A stretch of 64,000 bases of DNA from Octopus bimaculoides (GCF_001194135.2 NC_068986.1:33186002-33250001), one strand, 5' to 3'. Shown: positions 36,108 to 50,444, numbered from the stretch's first letter. Program-made: numbers and translations. Notes: generated by a model not told the origin, from the sequence alone.

Positions 36108-36880
36108 GTGTGTAAGTATGTGTATGAGTGTGTGTATATATGTGTGTCTGTGTGTCGAAAATTTAATTTGCAGGCCGAAAAAATATGCTGGAAGAGAGAT
36201 AAGTTTACATATACATGCACCAATACACACACGCGCATACACATACGCACATACACACAACATTATATATATGTACACATATACGTATCTACCTTTGTAT
36301 ATGCATATGTGTGTACATTTCTGCATTTCTGTGCATGTTTCCTACTTAGTATTAGTCTCATACAACCAACTTTGTGTGTACGCCACCTAACGGTTCTACC
36401 GTAAAGATGGATACGATCAATATGAGACTTCCATAAATGTATTGATGGTGACCAGATCAACTAAACCCTTCAAGGTGGAGTCTCAGCATGACTGCAGACT
36501 AATGATTGAACAAATAAAAAAAATGAACACCTCACTGGAATGACATTCTGACCAGACTAAATCTTCTGGAGATTTCGAATTAAATTTGTTTGAAATTTTG
36601 CGTGGGATTTGTTAAGAGTTTGAAACGATGGCTAAGGATGTGCTAAGAATTGAAGCAAAAGATCACAAAACGAATTTATAAGTAGAATTTGTCTGAATGG
36701 CGCTAAATACAAAAGAGAGCCTACTGAAGTGATTATGTTATTTCTTTTGTTAATATTCTTGTTTGTTTTATATGATAGATATTGATAAGGAGGGAAAGCC
36801 TGATGTGAACATTCAGCCGAGGACTTTTCTTTTCTTTCTTATTTTTAGACTTCATTTCTCCCTGTCTTACTCACTCACTT

Positions 36881-36971
<91 letters not shown>

Positions 36972-37059
36972 CTATCTAGCTAGCTAGCTAGCTAGATAGA
37001 AAGCTATCTCTATAGCTCTCTCACTCCCTCTCTTTCTCTAGCTCCCTTTTTCTTTCTTT

Positions 37060-37097
<38 letters not shown>

Positions 37098-37757
37098 CCC
37101 ACTCGGGCGCGCGCGAGCGAGTGTTCATATCTCATCCTCACCAAACCGTTTATCAATACTCTGTGAAGAGGTAAAGAAAGTGAGCTTGAGAAGTTGGCAG
37201 GTTCAAGAATGGAAGTATTTTAACAATATTCTTTCATCAGAGTTGTAATACTCAATACAAAAAAATCTGTGCGATCATGCGTCGGCAAGTAAAGGAGAAC
37301 GCATATAACATCGATAATTTAATTGTCATAAGAAGAACAAAATACTCGTCCGGTTGAAGCATATGTTGCTGACTGAAACGTCAAACTTTACACTCTTCAC
37401 AACGATTGAACTAATAGGATTTTCTATGAAATGTTCTCCCACATCTCGTTCATGGTCATTGAGTGCCCTCTAATGACGTCCGATGACATTAACATACAAA
37501 GAATTGTGGGAAATTATCTGTAAGATAACATAATCTGCAGATCTTTCAACACTACACGGTACCGATTACATTGCAACGCAATAACATAAACTTGTATTGG
37601 GCATTTGTATTCCTTTCCATATTACAATGTTGCATAGGAATTCAGAGAAAAGCGGTGTAATAAATTTAAATAATGAATGAAATACTTAACATAAGCTTAT
37701 ACATGCGCACGCATAGACGTGCACGCCCATAAAATAGATGCCAATATATACATTATG

Positions 37758-37788
<31 letters not shown>

Positions 37789-38486
37789 NNNNNNNNNNNN
37801 NNNNNNNNNNNNNNNNNNNNNNNNNNNNNNNNNNNNNNNNNNNNNNNNNNNNNNNNNNNNNNNNNNNNNNNNNNNNNNNNNNNNNNNNNNNNNNNNNNNN
37901 NNNNNNNNNNNNNNNNNNNNNNNNNNNNNNNNNNNNNNNNNNNNNNNNNNNNNNNNNNNNNNNNNNNNNNNNNNNNNNNNNNNNNNNNNNNNNNNNNNNN
38001 NNNNNNNNNNNNNNNNNNNNNNNNNNNNNNNNNNNNNNNNNNNNNNNNNNNNNNNNNNNNNNNNNNNNNNNNNNNNNNNNNNNNNNNNNNNNNNNNNNNN
38101 NNNNNNNNNNNNNNNNNNNNNNNNNNNNNNNNNNNNNNNNNNNNNNNNNNNNNNNNNNNNNNNNNNNNNNNNNNNNNNNNNNNNNNNNNNNNNNNNNNNN
38201 NNNNNNNNNNNNNNNNNNNNNNNNNNNNNNNNNNNNNNNNNNNNNNNNNNNNNNNNNNNNNNNNNNNNNNNNNNNNNNNNNNNNNNNNNNNNNNNNNNNN
38301 NNNNNNNNNNNNNNNNNNNNNNNNNNNNNNNNNNNNNNNNNNNNNNNNNNNNNNNNNNNNNNNNNNNNNNNNNNNNNNNNNNNNNNNNNNNNNNNNNNNN
38401 NNNNNNNNNNNNNNNNNNNNNNNNNNNNNNNNNNNNNNNNNNNNNNNNNNNNNNNNNNNNNNNNNNNNNNNNNNNNNNNNNNNNNN

Positions 38487-38524
<38 letters not shown>

Positions 38525-38545
38525 CCACACACACACACACACACT

Positions 38546-38581
<36 letters not shown>

Positions 38582-39234
38582 GTTTGTGTGTGTATGAAAT
38601 TTGTAATCTGCTAATAATTTCCTGTTATCAATACAAATGTGTATAGAAGTGTACATTCATTAAGCTTTCCTTAAAAGAAAACAAACAGAATGGTAAGCAA
38701 TAGCCGTTCTTTCATTTATTGCATTAATTACTCTTGTTATTTAGAAAATATGATATGCATTTAGCTTTATTGCTAAGGATGTTAAGCCACGTTTCTAGAA
38801 AACTACCATTACTTCACATTATATTATCACGATCTAATCGACCTTATTCACCTCGGGCAGCTCATGTTAATAATATGGCTCAAGCTTTTATTTTACACCG
38901 AAAGCGTATGAGATATACGCATACATAACTACGTACATCGACGATTATGAGTATTCAGCATTTATTTCACATTGTGGATGCGATTGCCTTTAATATAATA
39001 TATTTGATAGTTATCATATTTCTTGTATTGAGAAACCATAGTTTGGGAAGTATTAGGTTAAGGCTTAGTTTTATTAAATACAATACCGATACATTGGCCA
39101 TAGGTAGCATGTGTTAATATGAAAAGCGTTCATTTAGCTTACTAGAGAATATATGGGCGAAAATATATTTTTATAGGCTGAATGCGCACAGATTACATTT
39201 CAGCCGCCATTACGATATTTGTTCCATTTGCTTA

Positions 39235-39282
39235 AAACATTATTATTATTATTATCATTATTGTTATTATTATTATTATTAC

Positions 39283-39333
<51 letters not shown>

Positions 39334-39417
39334 CATTATTATTATTATCATCATCATCATTATCATCGTCGTCGTCGTCGTCATCACCATCATCATCATC
39401 ATCATCATCATCATTAC

Positions 39418-39471
<54 letters not shown>

Positions 39472-39480
39472 CATTATTTT
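39235..39480. repeat. (ATT)/(ATC)/(GTC)n compound microsatellite
   Basis: Direct reading of the sequence. Confidence 0.95.
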
Positions 39481-39960
39481 AGAAACTCTCTAATTCATAC
39501 AATGCAAGGTACAAAATGTAATCTATATAATTCTTGGCTGCTCATTTTCGTTTGAAGTAGACATCGTCGTTTCTAATTGTAGCTTCATAGTGTGCCAAAG
39601 CAGTGTATTGGATTTTCCCCAATCAAATAACACCCAAGATTGTTTGAAGCATTATTAGTTTTGTTTTGTAGAATATGAAATTGTAACGAATAGGTGCGTT
39701 CTCTCTCTGTTTATCACCAGATTTACAACCATGTTGTTGTTATAGAATTGTATTTCGTTTAAACATTTTCTTTTCTCGCTTGTTCATTATTACAAAATTC
39801 CTGATATGATATATTGCAGTATTACCGAAGCAATGGGTGATCCGTTGATAATACAATATTGCTGACATATCTTCTAATTTGCGAGCGAAACTATCAGATA
39901 TGATAATTCATTTTGTTGGCCAAATCCCATCTGAATGTCCATAGAGAATGTAATAATCAA
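39480..39960 (-). mobile_element. Very old R4/Dong RT remnant
   Basis: Minus frames give DIQMGFGQ (cf. DIRMQFGLDKC at about 20750) and VYFKRK (cf. LYLPRKEGG), at roughly compatible spacing. Confidence 0.4.
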
Positions 39961-41231
39961 GCTTGTATTAATATTGATTTCAAAACTTTGGCACAACGCC
40001 AAAAGATATTTTTAGTAATGTCGATTTAATCGACCTCAATACAAGACGGACACTAATTTTTATCCACCTCAGCATTATATAAATTAACATCGAACCCGAT
40101 ACGATTCGAACGTACGCTGAAGGACGAAACGATCTTCATTCAAATATTTTGCTTTTAGTCCGAGGAAATATAACGCTTCGTCAGAATTAATTCTTTTTGT
40201 GGAACGATATTAACAGGTTGCTGCATTAAATGCTCTTCAGTGAAGTTATACTTGCTGACATTTCTGCAGCTGCTGCTGCTGCTGCTGTTGCTGTTGTTGT
40301 TGTTGTTGTTGTTGTTGCTATGTAGCTTGAGACAATCTGTGGTGAAATACACACGAATATAATATATTTAACCAGGTATCGAATCCTACATCAACGGAGG
40401 TACTTTGTTTTAAAGAACGCAAATTGAAAAAGCACCTCGTTGCTTTTACCTATAGGTTGAGGGACCAACCAGATGCTTTCTCTTGTTATATCATCTGATG
40501 AACCCCTAAACAACAGAGGTACGAAATAAATATTATTATCTTTTATGTTATATAAGAAGAGTTGGTTAAGACCATCCATATGGTTCATGAACACCAGACG
40601 TATGGGCAATGAATGTTTTGTATTGTTATAGACAAATATCAGAAACTTAAAGTGGAAAGGGCTCTAAAACGTAGACTGTCACGTGATAGCATTCAAACGG
40701 GATATTCAACGGTTCAATAAATAACTGACTAAATTCATCAATGTCACACGTATTGAGTTTAGATTCACTGAAACACCAAGCATTTTGTGGCAATATGAAA
40801 GGGAAACAAAGCACATTAATCTTTCTATGTTATAAATATTATGTAATAAACACTTACACACGCATATAAACACACACACTTACACACACAAATGTATGTA
40901 TTTATATAGAAGCAATCATAACCACACGCACATATGTATTCTTATGTTTATACTCGTATTTGTATGTGTATATACATATACACACAATTATATGCACATA
41001 TTTTCATATATGTCTGTCTCTATGTGCGTGAGTGTGTATGTATATGTGTGTATATATGTGTATGTTTGCGCGCATGCGTGTATGTATAAACAGCGTGTCG
41101 CTCTATATCGTATCTACTCTTTGATGTCTTTATGTACACCAAATTTTCTTTCATTTTTACGTGCTCGAGTAGTAAATATTATTAGCAAAAAATTGTTAAT
41201 AAAAAAATATTAATTCACAAAAAGAGTATTC

Positions 41232-41239
41232 TTCTTCTT

Positions 41240-41332
<93 letters not shown>

Positions 41333-41333
41333 T
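41232..41333. repeat. (CTT)n-(ATT)n microsatellite at the 3' end of an R4 element
   Basis: Direct reading of the sequence. Confidence 0.95.
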
Positions 41334-41956
41334 AATTCACTTCAATTTCAATTCATTTTTTATATATATATTCACGGGCTGACATGTCATTCGAAGGCGT
41401 AGGCTAATAGAATCTGTGAGTGACATCTTACAGGTTTAACATGCAAGAAGCGAGTAGATAAAAGATATATAAAAGCGTCGAACAATGAGTAAGCTATAGC
41501 CGTGTGAAAGTTGCCTTTTGATCGAGTCATTATAAATAAACCATTTTCTACAAAAGGCAATGCGGAATACCGGAAAAAGAGAAGCTTTTGTATCGGGGGA
41601 GACATAGCGCTGCCAGGTATGTTCTCAACCTATCTGTTTGCACCTATATTCATTGATCCAACTGCATTGATTGTAATCGGGTATGTTGTTGCTTTTTCCC
41701 GTCATTTGTCAATTTCAATTTCTATACAGCCATTCGTGGTAAATTTGATAGACTACTTCATGCAGACAAAGTTATTGTTTGTTGTGAATGGTCACGTTTC
41801 ACAGCATTTTGCGTAGAATCTGTCTATTAACGTATTGCGAGAAAATAAAGTTTCTTTATTTTCTTGCTGTTTTTAGTACTAAAAGACTTTTGAACATCTG
41901 AATATTTTCATTCTTACCCGGGTAGAGAAACTGTTTTACACATTTTAGTCAAATAT

Positions 41957-42206
41957 TTGTGGCTGTGTGGTAAGTAGATTGCTTACCAACCACATAGTTC
42001 TGGGTTCAGTCCCACTGCGTGGCACTTTGGGCAAGTGTCTTCTACTATGGCCTCGGGCCGACCAAAGCCTTGTGAGTGGATTTGGTAGACGGAAACTGAA
42101 AGAAGCCCGTCGTATATATATATGTATATATATGTGTATGTGTGTTTGTTGGTCTGTGTTTGTCCCCACAACATCGCTTGACTACCGATGCTGATGTGTT
42201 TACGTC
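41957..42206 (+). mobile_element. SINE-type family B, 5' portion
   Basis: gtggctgtgtggtaagtag.ttgctt..caaccacatagttctgggttcagtcccactgcgtggcactttgggcaagtgtcttctac...ggaaactgaaagaagcccgtcg. Confidence 0.85.
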
Positions 42207-42458
42207 ATCAAACGAAAAGGAAATCATACGCAGAGAGATGTTGTACAATGAAAACAGAAAACAAAACAAAAAAGCGTTGGAAACATCTGTTTGAATGGAT
42301 AAAATAGTAAAAACGGCAACGAATGCATCGTCTGAATAGATTCGAGCTAGATCATGGAAAACATGAATGGATAATTCATGCAACTTACGAGTGCTTCCAC
42401 AGCCGAACAAGGAATCGAAGAAAAACCAAAGAAAGACATAATTATTTTTTATTGATAT

Positions 42459-42681
42459 TCTTTTACTTGTTTCAGTCATTTGACTGCTGCCATGCTGGAG
42501 CACCACTTCGAGGGGTTTTAGTTGAACAAATCAACCTTAGGGATTCTTCTTTTTTAAGCCTATTACTTTTTCTATCGGTCTATTTTGTTGAATCGCTAAA
42601 GTTACGGAGACGTAAACACATCAACACTGATTGTCAAGCGGAGACGCGGGGTGGAGGGGGACATATACAAGTACAAAGAAC

Positions 42682-42713
<32 letters not shown>

Positions 42714-42880
42714 TACGACGAGCTTCTTTCAGGCTTCTATCAGTTTCCGTCTACCAAATCCACTCACGAGGCTTTGATCGTCTCGAGGTTAGGGTAGAAG
42801 ACACTTGCCTAAGGTGCCACTCAGAGAGACAGACTCGGAACCATGTGGTTGGGAAGCAAGCTACTTAACAAACAGCCACA
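42459..42880 (-). mobile_element. SINE-type family B, full length
   Basis: Both modules are present, with an internal (CA)n. Confidence 0.85.
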
Positions 42881-45800
42881 GATAACTTTCATATTTCTTT
42901 GAAAAATTAGGTGGACAGGTATCTGCTGATATACTGCAGAACGTATTTTTTATCAGCTGGAAAAGAGTGTAAATCTGCGTTTTATGGCCGAAGACAAAGC
43001 AGGAGAAAATGTAGATTTAATGGTTCGTTTACCTGTTCATGAGTCTCAGTGACTTTCGAATCGCGGTCAGAGATATCGCTATGGCTTGTATTTATTCTTA
43101 CATAAACGTATTAATATGTGGTCTGTGAAAATATGTTCTAGAATAACGTGGTCTGCATGGACATCCACATTCTAAAGAATCTCAAAGGCCATTAGATTAT
43201 CTCGGAGTTGTATTCCACAGTGGGTCTGCATGGACATCCACATTTTTTTGTGTGTGTGCAAACGTTTTCTTTTTCTCCGTTCTGAAGCATCTTTGCATTT
43301 CATCTGTGTTCTGCGCTTTTTAGTCGGTTTTTACAAATTTTCTCCGTGAATTGCTAACTGTTCAGTTTTCTCAAATATTGTCCATTTAAGGGCTTCTCTT
43401 TACACCTGTTTAGCATGAGATTCTATTGCTCCATTTTCAGATTAGTTTCTACCTTATTCATAATTTCTTTTTATATTCCATTTTTCTTCTCCCGGAAATT
43501 CCTGTCAATTTAGCTTCTGTATCATTTGCCTTCTAACTACCGCTTTCTTTTATTTCTTATTACATACGCTTTGCAGTTCTACAGTGGAGATTTTGCATTT
43601 TTCTTTTTGTTGTAATAGCACGAAGCCCTTCCTTCTTTGCATTATTGGGAAATATAAGTTCAAATTAGTTAGAGAGAAAAGTAGTCTAAATGCAATCAGA
43701 CTTCTCTTGTGTGGCTGTTTTGTCCGTGCTAATTCGTTTTGCGTCTAATTGAAAATATAATAATAATTTATTATTAGATCAGCTAGAGATTATATTATCT
43801 TGTATTATTTACGTTTAACTCTGTTTTAAGTCTTAGTCTAACAAGTCTATAATCTTTCTGTTTAACTCTGTTTTTATTTTTTATTTTTCGTTCTTTTGTA
43901 ATCGACACTGTTTAGTTCAGTGTTTGCCAAATTCTCTTGACTCTCTTTCATAATCTATCATGATTATTGTACTAACGTTCCTAATTAGTACGCTTCTTCT
44001 CAATGTTGTCTTAGTGAATTTTTTTCAACCAAGTCTCCCATCATTTTCCTTAGATAATCTATGCATTTCTAGTTGCTTTTTGTCCATGATACTGAGATAG
44101 AGCAACAGTTTTGAATATTTTCTAATGATACGTTTGCTTTATAATTCTCCTTTATCTGCATCTATAAAATTGTTTGTCAGTTTCTCAAGGTATGTTTATT
44201 TAATATATCAGTTCATTATTGGTGCTACTTAACTCATGGATAAGGTTTCCAGAATCAACACACGTGAGTATCATTCTCAAAAGTAATCTGATACTTTATC
44301 TCTATCAAGCTGAACCGTTCTTTCATCTTATAGCATCTTCAGCAATGGCTTCGTTGATTAATAATTGATCATTATAGTCACATGAACTTTGATAACTACC
44401 TGTCTGCTCTTGTGGGGAAATGTTTCTTTCTCAAACGTCCATTTATTTACTTCCTGTTGTATACTACAGTTAGTATTTTGTAAGCTGTAGGTTTTGCATG
44501 TTATAGATTTGTGTGAACGTGTCAGGCGTTTTCTTTAACATCCAAGAGAATCTTCATGATAGAGCATATTTTCAGTATTAGTTTACAATCTTATATTCTG
44601 GGTCTTTCCAGTTTTTTCTTTTTTTTTTTGAAATGTTTGTGTTATAATTTGTGCTCTTATGTTTTTCAACCTATAGAGGAAATGCTCTGCTTGTTACTTT
44701 CAGCAATATTATCCATAGTAATTGCTTCGCTGCTCCGACTCTCCAGAATTCTTCGCTTCCTCCTGTTACAGTTATTCTTGTTTTACTTTGTTCTTTGCAA
44801 AATCGTTTGCACTTGGATCAAACTGTTTGATTTATTCAAAAACTCCATGTCGCTTTTCATACCGACCATTCCAATGCGAATTAGCAAGGATCTCTTGTCC
44901 TAAGTGTTCTTTGATCTCAGCTACATTTCTATATGATAGTTTTACACTATTTACGCCTCAGTTTTCTTTACCAGTTGTATCGTTTCATTGCTGATTTCAT
45001 TAAGAACTGAGAGAACTTGTCACTTAATTTCTATGGATTTTTTTTGTCTTTTGTTTGTTTAAAACTATTCTATTATTTATGATTTCTTCTATTGTGTGTA
45101 ATTCTTTAATTATTTCGACCTTCAAATTGTCATGTTCATGATTTCTCCCTTTTGAATTTCCGATTCCATTTCGTCCTGATATTCTCTTGTTTATATAATT
45201 TTTCTATTGTTCACATTCAATTTCTACTGCAGAGTATTTTGTAGATCTTGTAGGGTTTGATTTCTTTGTTTGCATTTTGTTATTAATCTAGTTTTGTATG
45301 CGTTTGGTCTTTTCTTCGTGGATAAATTCTCAGTGTTTCAGATTTTTGCTTTTGGTTTTGTACCCTGTATGTTTCCTTGTGTATTTATATTTCTAATTAA
45401 TCTCTTGATATATGATATTTCTTCAACATTCTACATTTAGATTCTAAGTTTTTAAGTTGACTAACTTGCTGGTGTATAACGTTTCGTTAAGACCCTGGCT
45501 AACTTTTCTCTAAATCATGTACGAGTATATTCTACTAGTTTCGTTTTGCAGGCACAGTTCAGCTACTAAATCCTGCAAGTAGACGTAAAGATATCCCTTT
45601 TGTATCCATTTATGAATTTTATGTTTAATCTGCATGACATAGGAAGTAAAGAACCATATTTATTTAGATTATTATAATCTCCAACGATACGTTCTTTGCT
45701 TTAACATTTGTGGTGACGTTAACGTTTGCGTGGGCTGTTTTTTCATATTTTTAATGCTATCGGGCTTAACCCATTACCTACCAGTGATCTCATATCAGAT

Positions 45801-45934
45801 CACTTAAAAATTACAAATTTCGTAATGATCTGTCAATATTTACACAAATCTAACATTTTTGCTATATCTTCTAGGTATACTTCCCTGATATTCAAATGAG
45901 GTTTGCTAATTTTTCACCCAATATCTCGCTTATT

Positions 45935-46203
45935 TCTATTTAAGCCTAGTACTAATTCCATCGGTCTCTTTTTGCAGAACCGCTAAGTTACGGGGACGTA
46001 AACACACCACCATCGGTTGTCAAGCGATGCTGGNNNNNNNNNNGCTTCTTTCAGTTTCCGTCTACCAAGTCCACTGACAAGGCTTTGGTCGGTCCGAGGC
46101 TATAGTAGATGGCACTTGCCCAAGTTGCCACGCAGTGGGAATGAACCCGGAACCATGTGGTTGGTAAGCAAGCTACTTACCACACAGCCACTCCTGCGCC
46201 TAT
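45935..46203 (-). mobile_element. SINE-type family B (spans a 10-N gap)
   Basis: High similarity to the reverse complement of 41957-42206. Confidence 0.85.
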
Positions 46204-47504
46204 ATGCATATGCGTATGTTTTATATATACTGTGGGCACGACATTAACATGCATTCTGTGGAGTTTAAGTGATCTTATGTGTATGGAATTATTCCTTACT
46301 CAACACTACTTTCACGTTCCACTCTCGCCCGAAAACTATAATAACTGTTAATAATCTCAGTTCTGAATAAAATGCAGAAAATGGTCAAGCAATTCATTGG
46401 GTATTCTGTCTTAACTATACTCACACGAGTCTTCTTCTAGCATGTGTAACGTTTTATTTATATATATAAATATGGGACATTGCTGCTAATGAAGTTAGTT
46501 GGCAGAATCATTCGACTGTCAGAGAAATTATCTTGCTCTTTGCATTCTAAGTTGAAACCCTGTGAGTTTATCTTTGCCGTTGATCGAGCCGAGGTTGATA
46601 AATAAAAATTCAGGTCAAATACCTAAGACGATATATCCGACTTACTGTCTCATCGTAGGATTTCTGACCGTATTTTTAAATTAGAAACGTTTAGAAACGA
46701 CATATTCATTAAAACTCCTTTAGAAGCGTGCAGTAAATTAGTGCATTTCCTTCACCTTGTGATGATTAGATTGAGATGAATTATGGAGAAGGACTTTGAA
46801 TTGCTAAGAATGATCAGAAAAAGAAAAGAAAAAAAATTGTCACTCCCTTAAAATAATATAACACAAGCAGAAAGTGAGTTGAGCAGTCGAATCAATGAGT
46901 ACGCCCACAGACCTACTTCAGCCTTAAGAATAACGGATCATTTAAACAAACTGAATGAAGAAGAAATACATAAGGTACAGTCAGAAGAGATGGCTTCGAC
47001 TCGGTTGATCCTACAACGGATAGATTATAAAGATTATTTGATCATACATACCAATTTAAGGATATATGAACAGATATAGTTAGCTTTCTAAACGGTGGCC
47101 TATTGTAACCCAGTCCGGCACCTGAGTGTCGAGCTACACGTTTGGAATACATAGAAGCAGAAGGTAATAAGAGTTACGGTTTTCCTAAACAACCACAGGT
47201 GTTGGCTGTTAACCATGTGTGCGTGCGTGCGTGAGTAGAAGGTTGCTCTTATTTGTTTTCTGTATAATTTGCTCTTTTTTTTTTTATCTCACTTTTATCA
47301 ATATATGTGTATCTTATTCTTTTATTTTATGAAATACTTTTTTAAACACTTAATATTTCTTAATATATCGTGTAACACACATTCCGCTTCCTCCATTTTT
47401 ACATGGCTACATGCGTACATTTCCACATGTTTTTGTTATACCTTTGTGATACTTTGTTGTGCGCGTGAATGAAACCGTGTTTCAAAATATAATAATAGTC
47501 TGTT

Positions 47505-47519
47505 ATTATTATTATTATA

Positions 47520-47599
<80 letters not shown>

Positions 47600-47634
47600 C
47601 ATTATTATTATTATAATTATTATTACTATTATTA

Positions 47635-47695
<61 letters not shown>

Positions 47696-47716
47696 TATTA
47701 TTATAATTATTATTAC

Positions 47717-47767
<51 letters not shown>

Positions 47768-48271
47768 CATTACTATTATTATAATTATTATTNNNNNNNN
47801 NNNNNNNNNNNNNNNNNNNNNNNNNNNNNNNNNNNNNNNNNNNNNNNNNNNNNNNNNNNNNNNNNNNNNNNNNNNNNNNNNNNNNNNNNNNNNNNNNNNN
47901 NNNNNNNNNNNNNNNNNNNNNNNNNNNNNNNNNNNNNNNNNNNNNNNNNNNNNNNNNNNNNNNNNNNNNNNNNNNNNNNNNNNNNNNNNNNNNNNNNNNN
48001 NNNNNNNNNNNNNNNNNNNNNNNNNNNNNNNNNNNNNNNNNNNNNNNNNNNNNNNNNNNNNNNNNNNNNNNNNNNNNNNNNNNNNNNNNNNNNNNNNNNN
48101 NNNNNNNNNNNNNNNNNNNNNNNNNNNNNNNNNNNNNNNNNNNNNNNNNNNNNNNNNNNNNNNNNNNNNNNNNNNNNNNNNNNNNNNNNNNNNNNNNNNN
48201 NNNNNNNNNNNNNNNNNNNNNNNNNNNNNNNNNNNNNNNNNNNNNNNNNNNNNNNNNNNNNNNNNNNNNNN

Positions 48272-48310
<39 letters not shown>

Positions 48311-48430
48311 CATTATTATTATTATAATTATTATTACTGTTATTATTATTGTTATTATTGTCGTTGTCGTCGTCGTCGTCGTAGTCGTCGTCGTCGTCGT
48401 CGTCGTTATCACCACCATCATCGTCATCAT
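47505..48430. repeat. (ATT)n block with gap, grading into (GTC)/(CAT)n
   Basis: Direct reading of the sequence. Confidence 0.9.
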
Positions 48431-48439
48431 TTATATTAT

Positions 48440-48830
48440 GCAATTCACTTCGATTTCAATTGAGTGTTTGTATTCATCAATCGACATGTGACCATCAGAA
48501 GACGTAAGCCGATAGAAGTGGTGAATAACTTCTTACAGGTTCAACATGTAAGAAGTAAACAGACAAAGCTTAAATAAAACGCTGAACAATGAGCAAGCTA
48601 TAGTCATAACAAAGTTTCTTTTGATCGAGTCATTATAACTAAACCATGTTCTACATAAGGCAATGTGAAGTACCGTAAAATGAGAATCTTTTGTATTGAG
48701 CGAGACAGCGTTGCCAGGTACTTTCTCAACGTATTGCTTTGCACTCGTATCTGTTGACCCGAATGCACCGATTGTTACCGAGCATATTGTTGCTTTTACC
48801 CGCCATGTTCACTCTTCACTTTTTGTATCT
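48440..48830 (-). mobile_element. R4/Dong 3' end, paralogous to 41335-41760
   Basis: Colinear with 41340-41720 (for example ttttgatcgagtcattataa.taaaccat.ttctaca). The minus frame gives ENVPGNA and GTSH, and the fragment ends next to a (TAA)-rich block. Confidence 0.7.
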
Positions 48831-49204
48831 TATATTAAACTAATTCGAGAAACTGCTATGTGGTGACATTGTTGTTGTTTATAAATACGTTGATTAGTTC
48901 CAGGTCAGCTACGATCGAGCAGACTTATAATCACAGGTGATTTAACCGTGACAATATCCAGTCTATTTAGCTTTAGACGTAGTATTTTAAGGTCGGAATT
49001 ATCTAATGTGTTCTTCCTTTGTTTTAAGACTATAGTATTTGGTTCAATGGAAAGTTTTTTTTTTTTTTACTCCTTTTCTAGGATGTCAGCTAACAATATA
49101 ATGTGTTTGTAGTTAGGCCAGAAAATTTCTAGTTTGATTAAAAGATTATAGGTATTAGTGCACAATTATATCTCGTCCTTTCACATTGTCAGACACGTCA
49201 ACAT

Positions 49205-49367
49205 ACATGCTGAATTGGTAGAATCGTTGGACGCTTCTGAGTTCAAATTACGCCATTATTACTTTTGCATTTAATCCATCGTGGGTTGATAAACTGAAAT
49301 ATCAGTAAGTCCTAGACTTGATTTGTTTGACTAAAGCCTCCTTCAAAATTGCTACCCTTAGGTCTAA

Positions 49368-49447
<80 letters not shown>

Positions 49448-49492
49448 GGTGGCTAGCGGGCGAAATCGTTAGAGCGCTGGACAAAATGCTTA
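49205..49492 (+). mobile_element. Two tandem SINE family C copies joined by (ATT)n at 49368-49446
   Basis: Degenerate copy at 49205-49367, then a second head ggtggctagc..aaatcgttagagcgctggacaaaatgctta that is cut by the gap. Confidence 0.7.
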
Positions 49493-49981
49493 NNNNNNNN
49501 NNNNNNNNNNNNNNNNNNNNNNNNNNNNNNNNNNNNNNNNNNNNNNNNNNNNNNNNNNNNNNNNNNNNNNNNNNNNNNNNNNNNNNNNNNNNNNNNNNNN
49601 NNNNNNNNNNNNNNNNNNNNNNNNNNNNNNNNNNNNNNNNNNNNNNNNNNNNNNNNNNNNNNNNNNNNNNNNNNNNNNNNNNNNNNNNNNNNNNNNNNNN
49701 NNNNNNNNNNNNNNNNNNNNNNNNNNNNNNNNNNNNNNNNNNNNNNNNNNNNNNNNNNNNNNNNNNNNNNNNNNNNNNNNNNNNNNNNNNNNNNNNNNNN
49801 NNNNNNNNNNNNNNNNNNNNNNNNNNNNNNNNNNNNNNNNNNNNNNNNNNNNNNNNNNNNNNNNNNNNNNNNNNNNNNNNNNNNNNNNNNNNNNNNNNNN
49901 NNNNNNNNNNNNNNNNNNNNNNNNNNNNNNNNNNNNNNNNNNNNNNNNNNNNNNNNNNNNNNNNNNNNNNNNNNNNNNNNN

Positions 49982-50044
<63 letters not shown>

Positions 50045-50444
50045 ATCTATCTTTTTCTTGGTTTCTCTTTCAATTATCTATTTTGTTATTATTGTTTCTT
50101 TTTATCTTTTCATGTCAATGTTTACTGACATCATAAGACGAATGACACTCTACCAACACCACACACGAAACAATCTCCCACACCTGTTTTGTTTACTGAG
50201 TCATTTCTCTAGATAGAAACAGTTGAACCCGTATCTTATAAGAGCGATTCTTATGTGATTGGGTGGTGGGAGCAGATGAAAGATGATATGCTTAATCTGA
50301 AGAGGCTGGAAATTGTTCGTAAACATGAATAGGAACGTAAGATTCATAACTCCGAAAGGTGATCATAGAGTAGAAAATTGAACAACTTTGTACGTAAGAT
50401 ATTTTGGAGCTTTCTTCCTAGACTTCCGGTGAAACCATTTAATA

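Larger units (their letters stand above)
41335..45700 (-). mobile_element. Near-full-length ancient R4/Dong element interrupted by SINEs (41957-42880)
   Basis: Decayed motifs occur in the expected order on the minus strand: HKW (about 45610), EEFWR (about 44740), NWKDP (about 44610), PQEQTG..DQLLINEAI (about 44400), WILETL (about 44245), LYFP..RKG (about 43640), and EIEI..KATTYPITINAVG..ENIPGS..IQK..G.PH (41740-41560). The 3' UTR then abuts (TAA)n. Confidence 0.65.

Noticed and set aside
37100-37180. CpG cluster GGGCGCGCGCGAGCG after (CT)n with a donor-like GAG|GTAAAG
   Set aside because: It is too short and embedded in microsatellite, with no other promoter evidence.
41511-41816. Transmembrane-looking ORF reminiscent of a Cys-loop receptor M1-M2 region
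   Set aside because: It is the antisense of an R4 endonuclease C-terminus. The paralog at 48600-48830 has a stop and a frameshift in this frame.
46879-47079. ORF SSRINEYAHRPTSALRITDHL..., weakly like a GIY-YIG endonuclease segment
   Set aside because: No GIY/YIG motifs are nearby and the similarity is too weak to call without a profile search.
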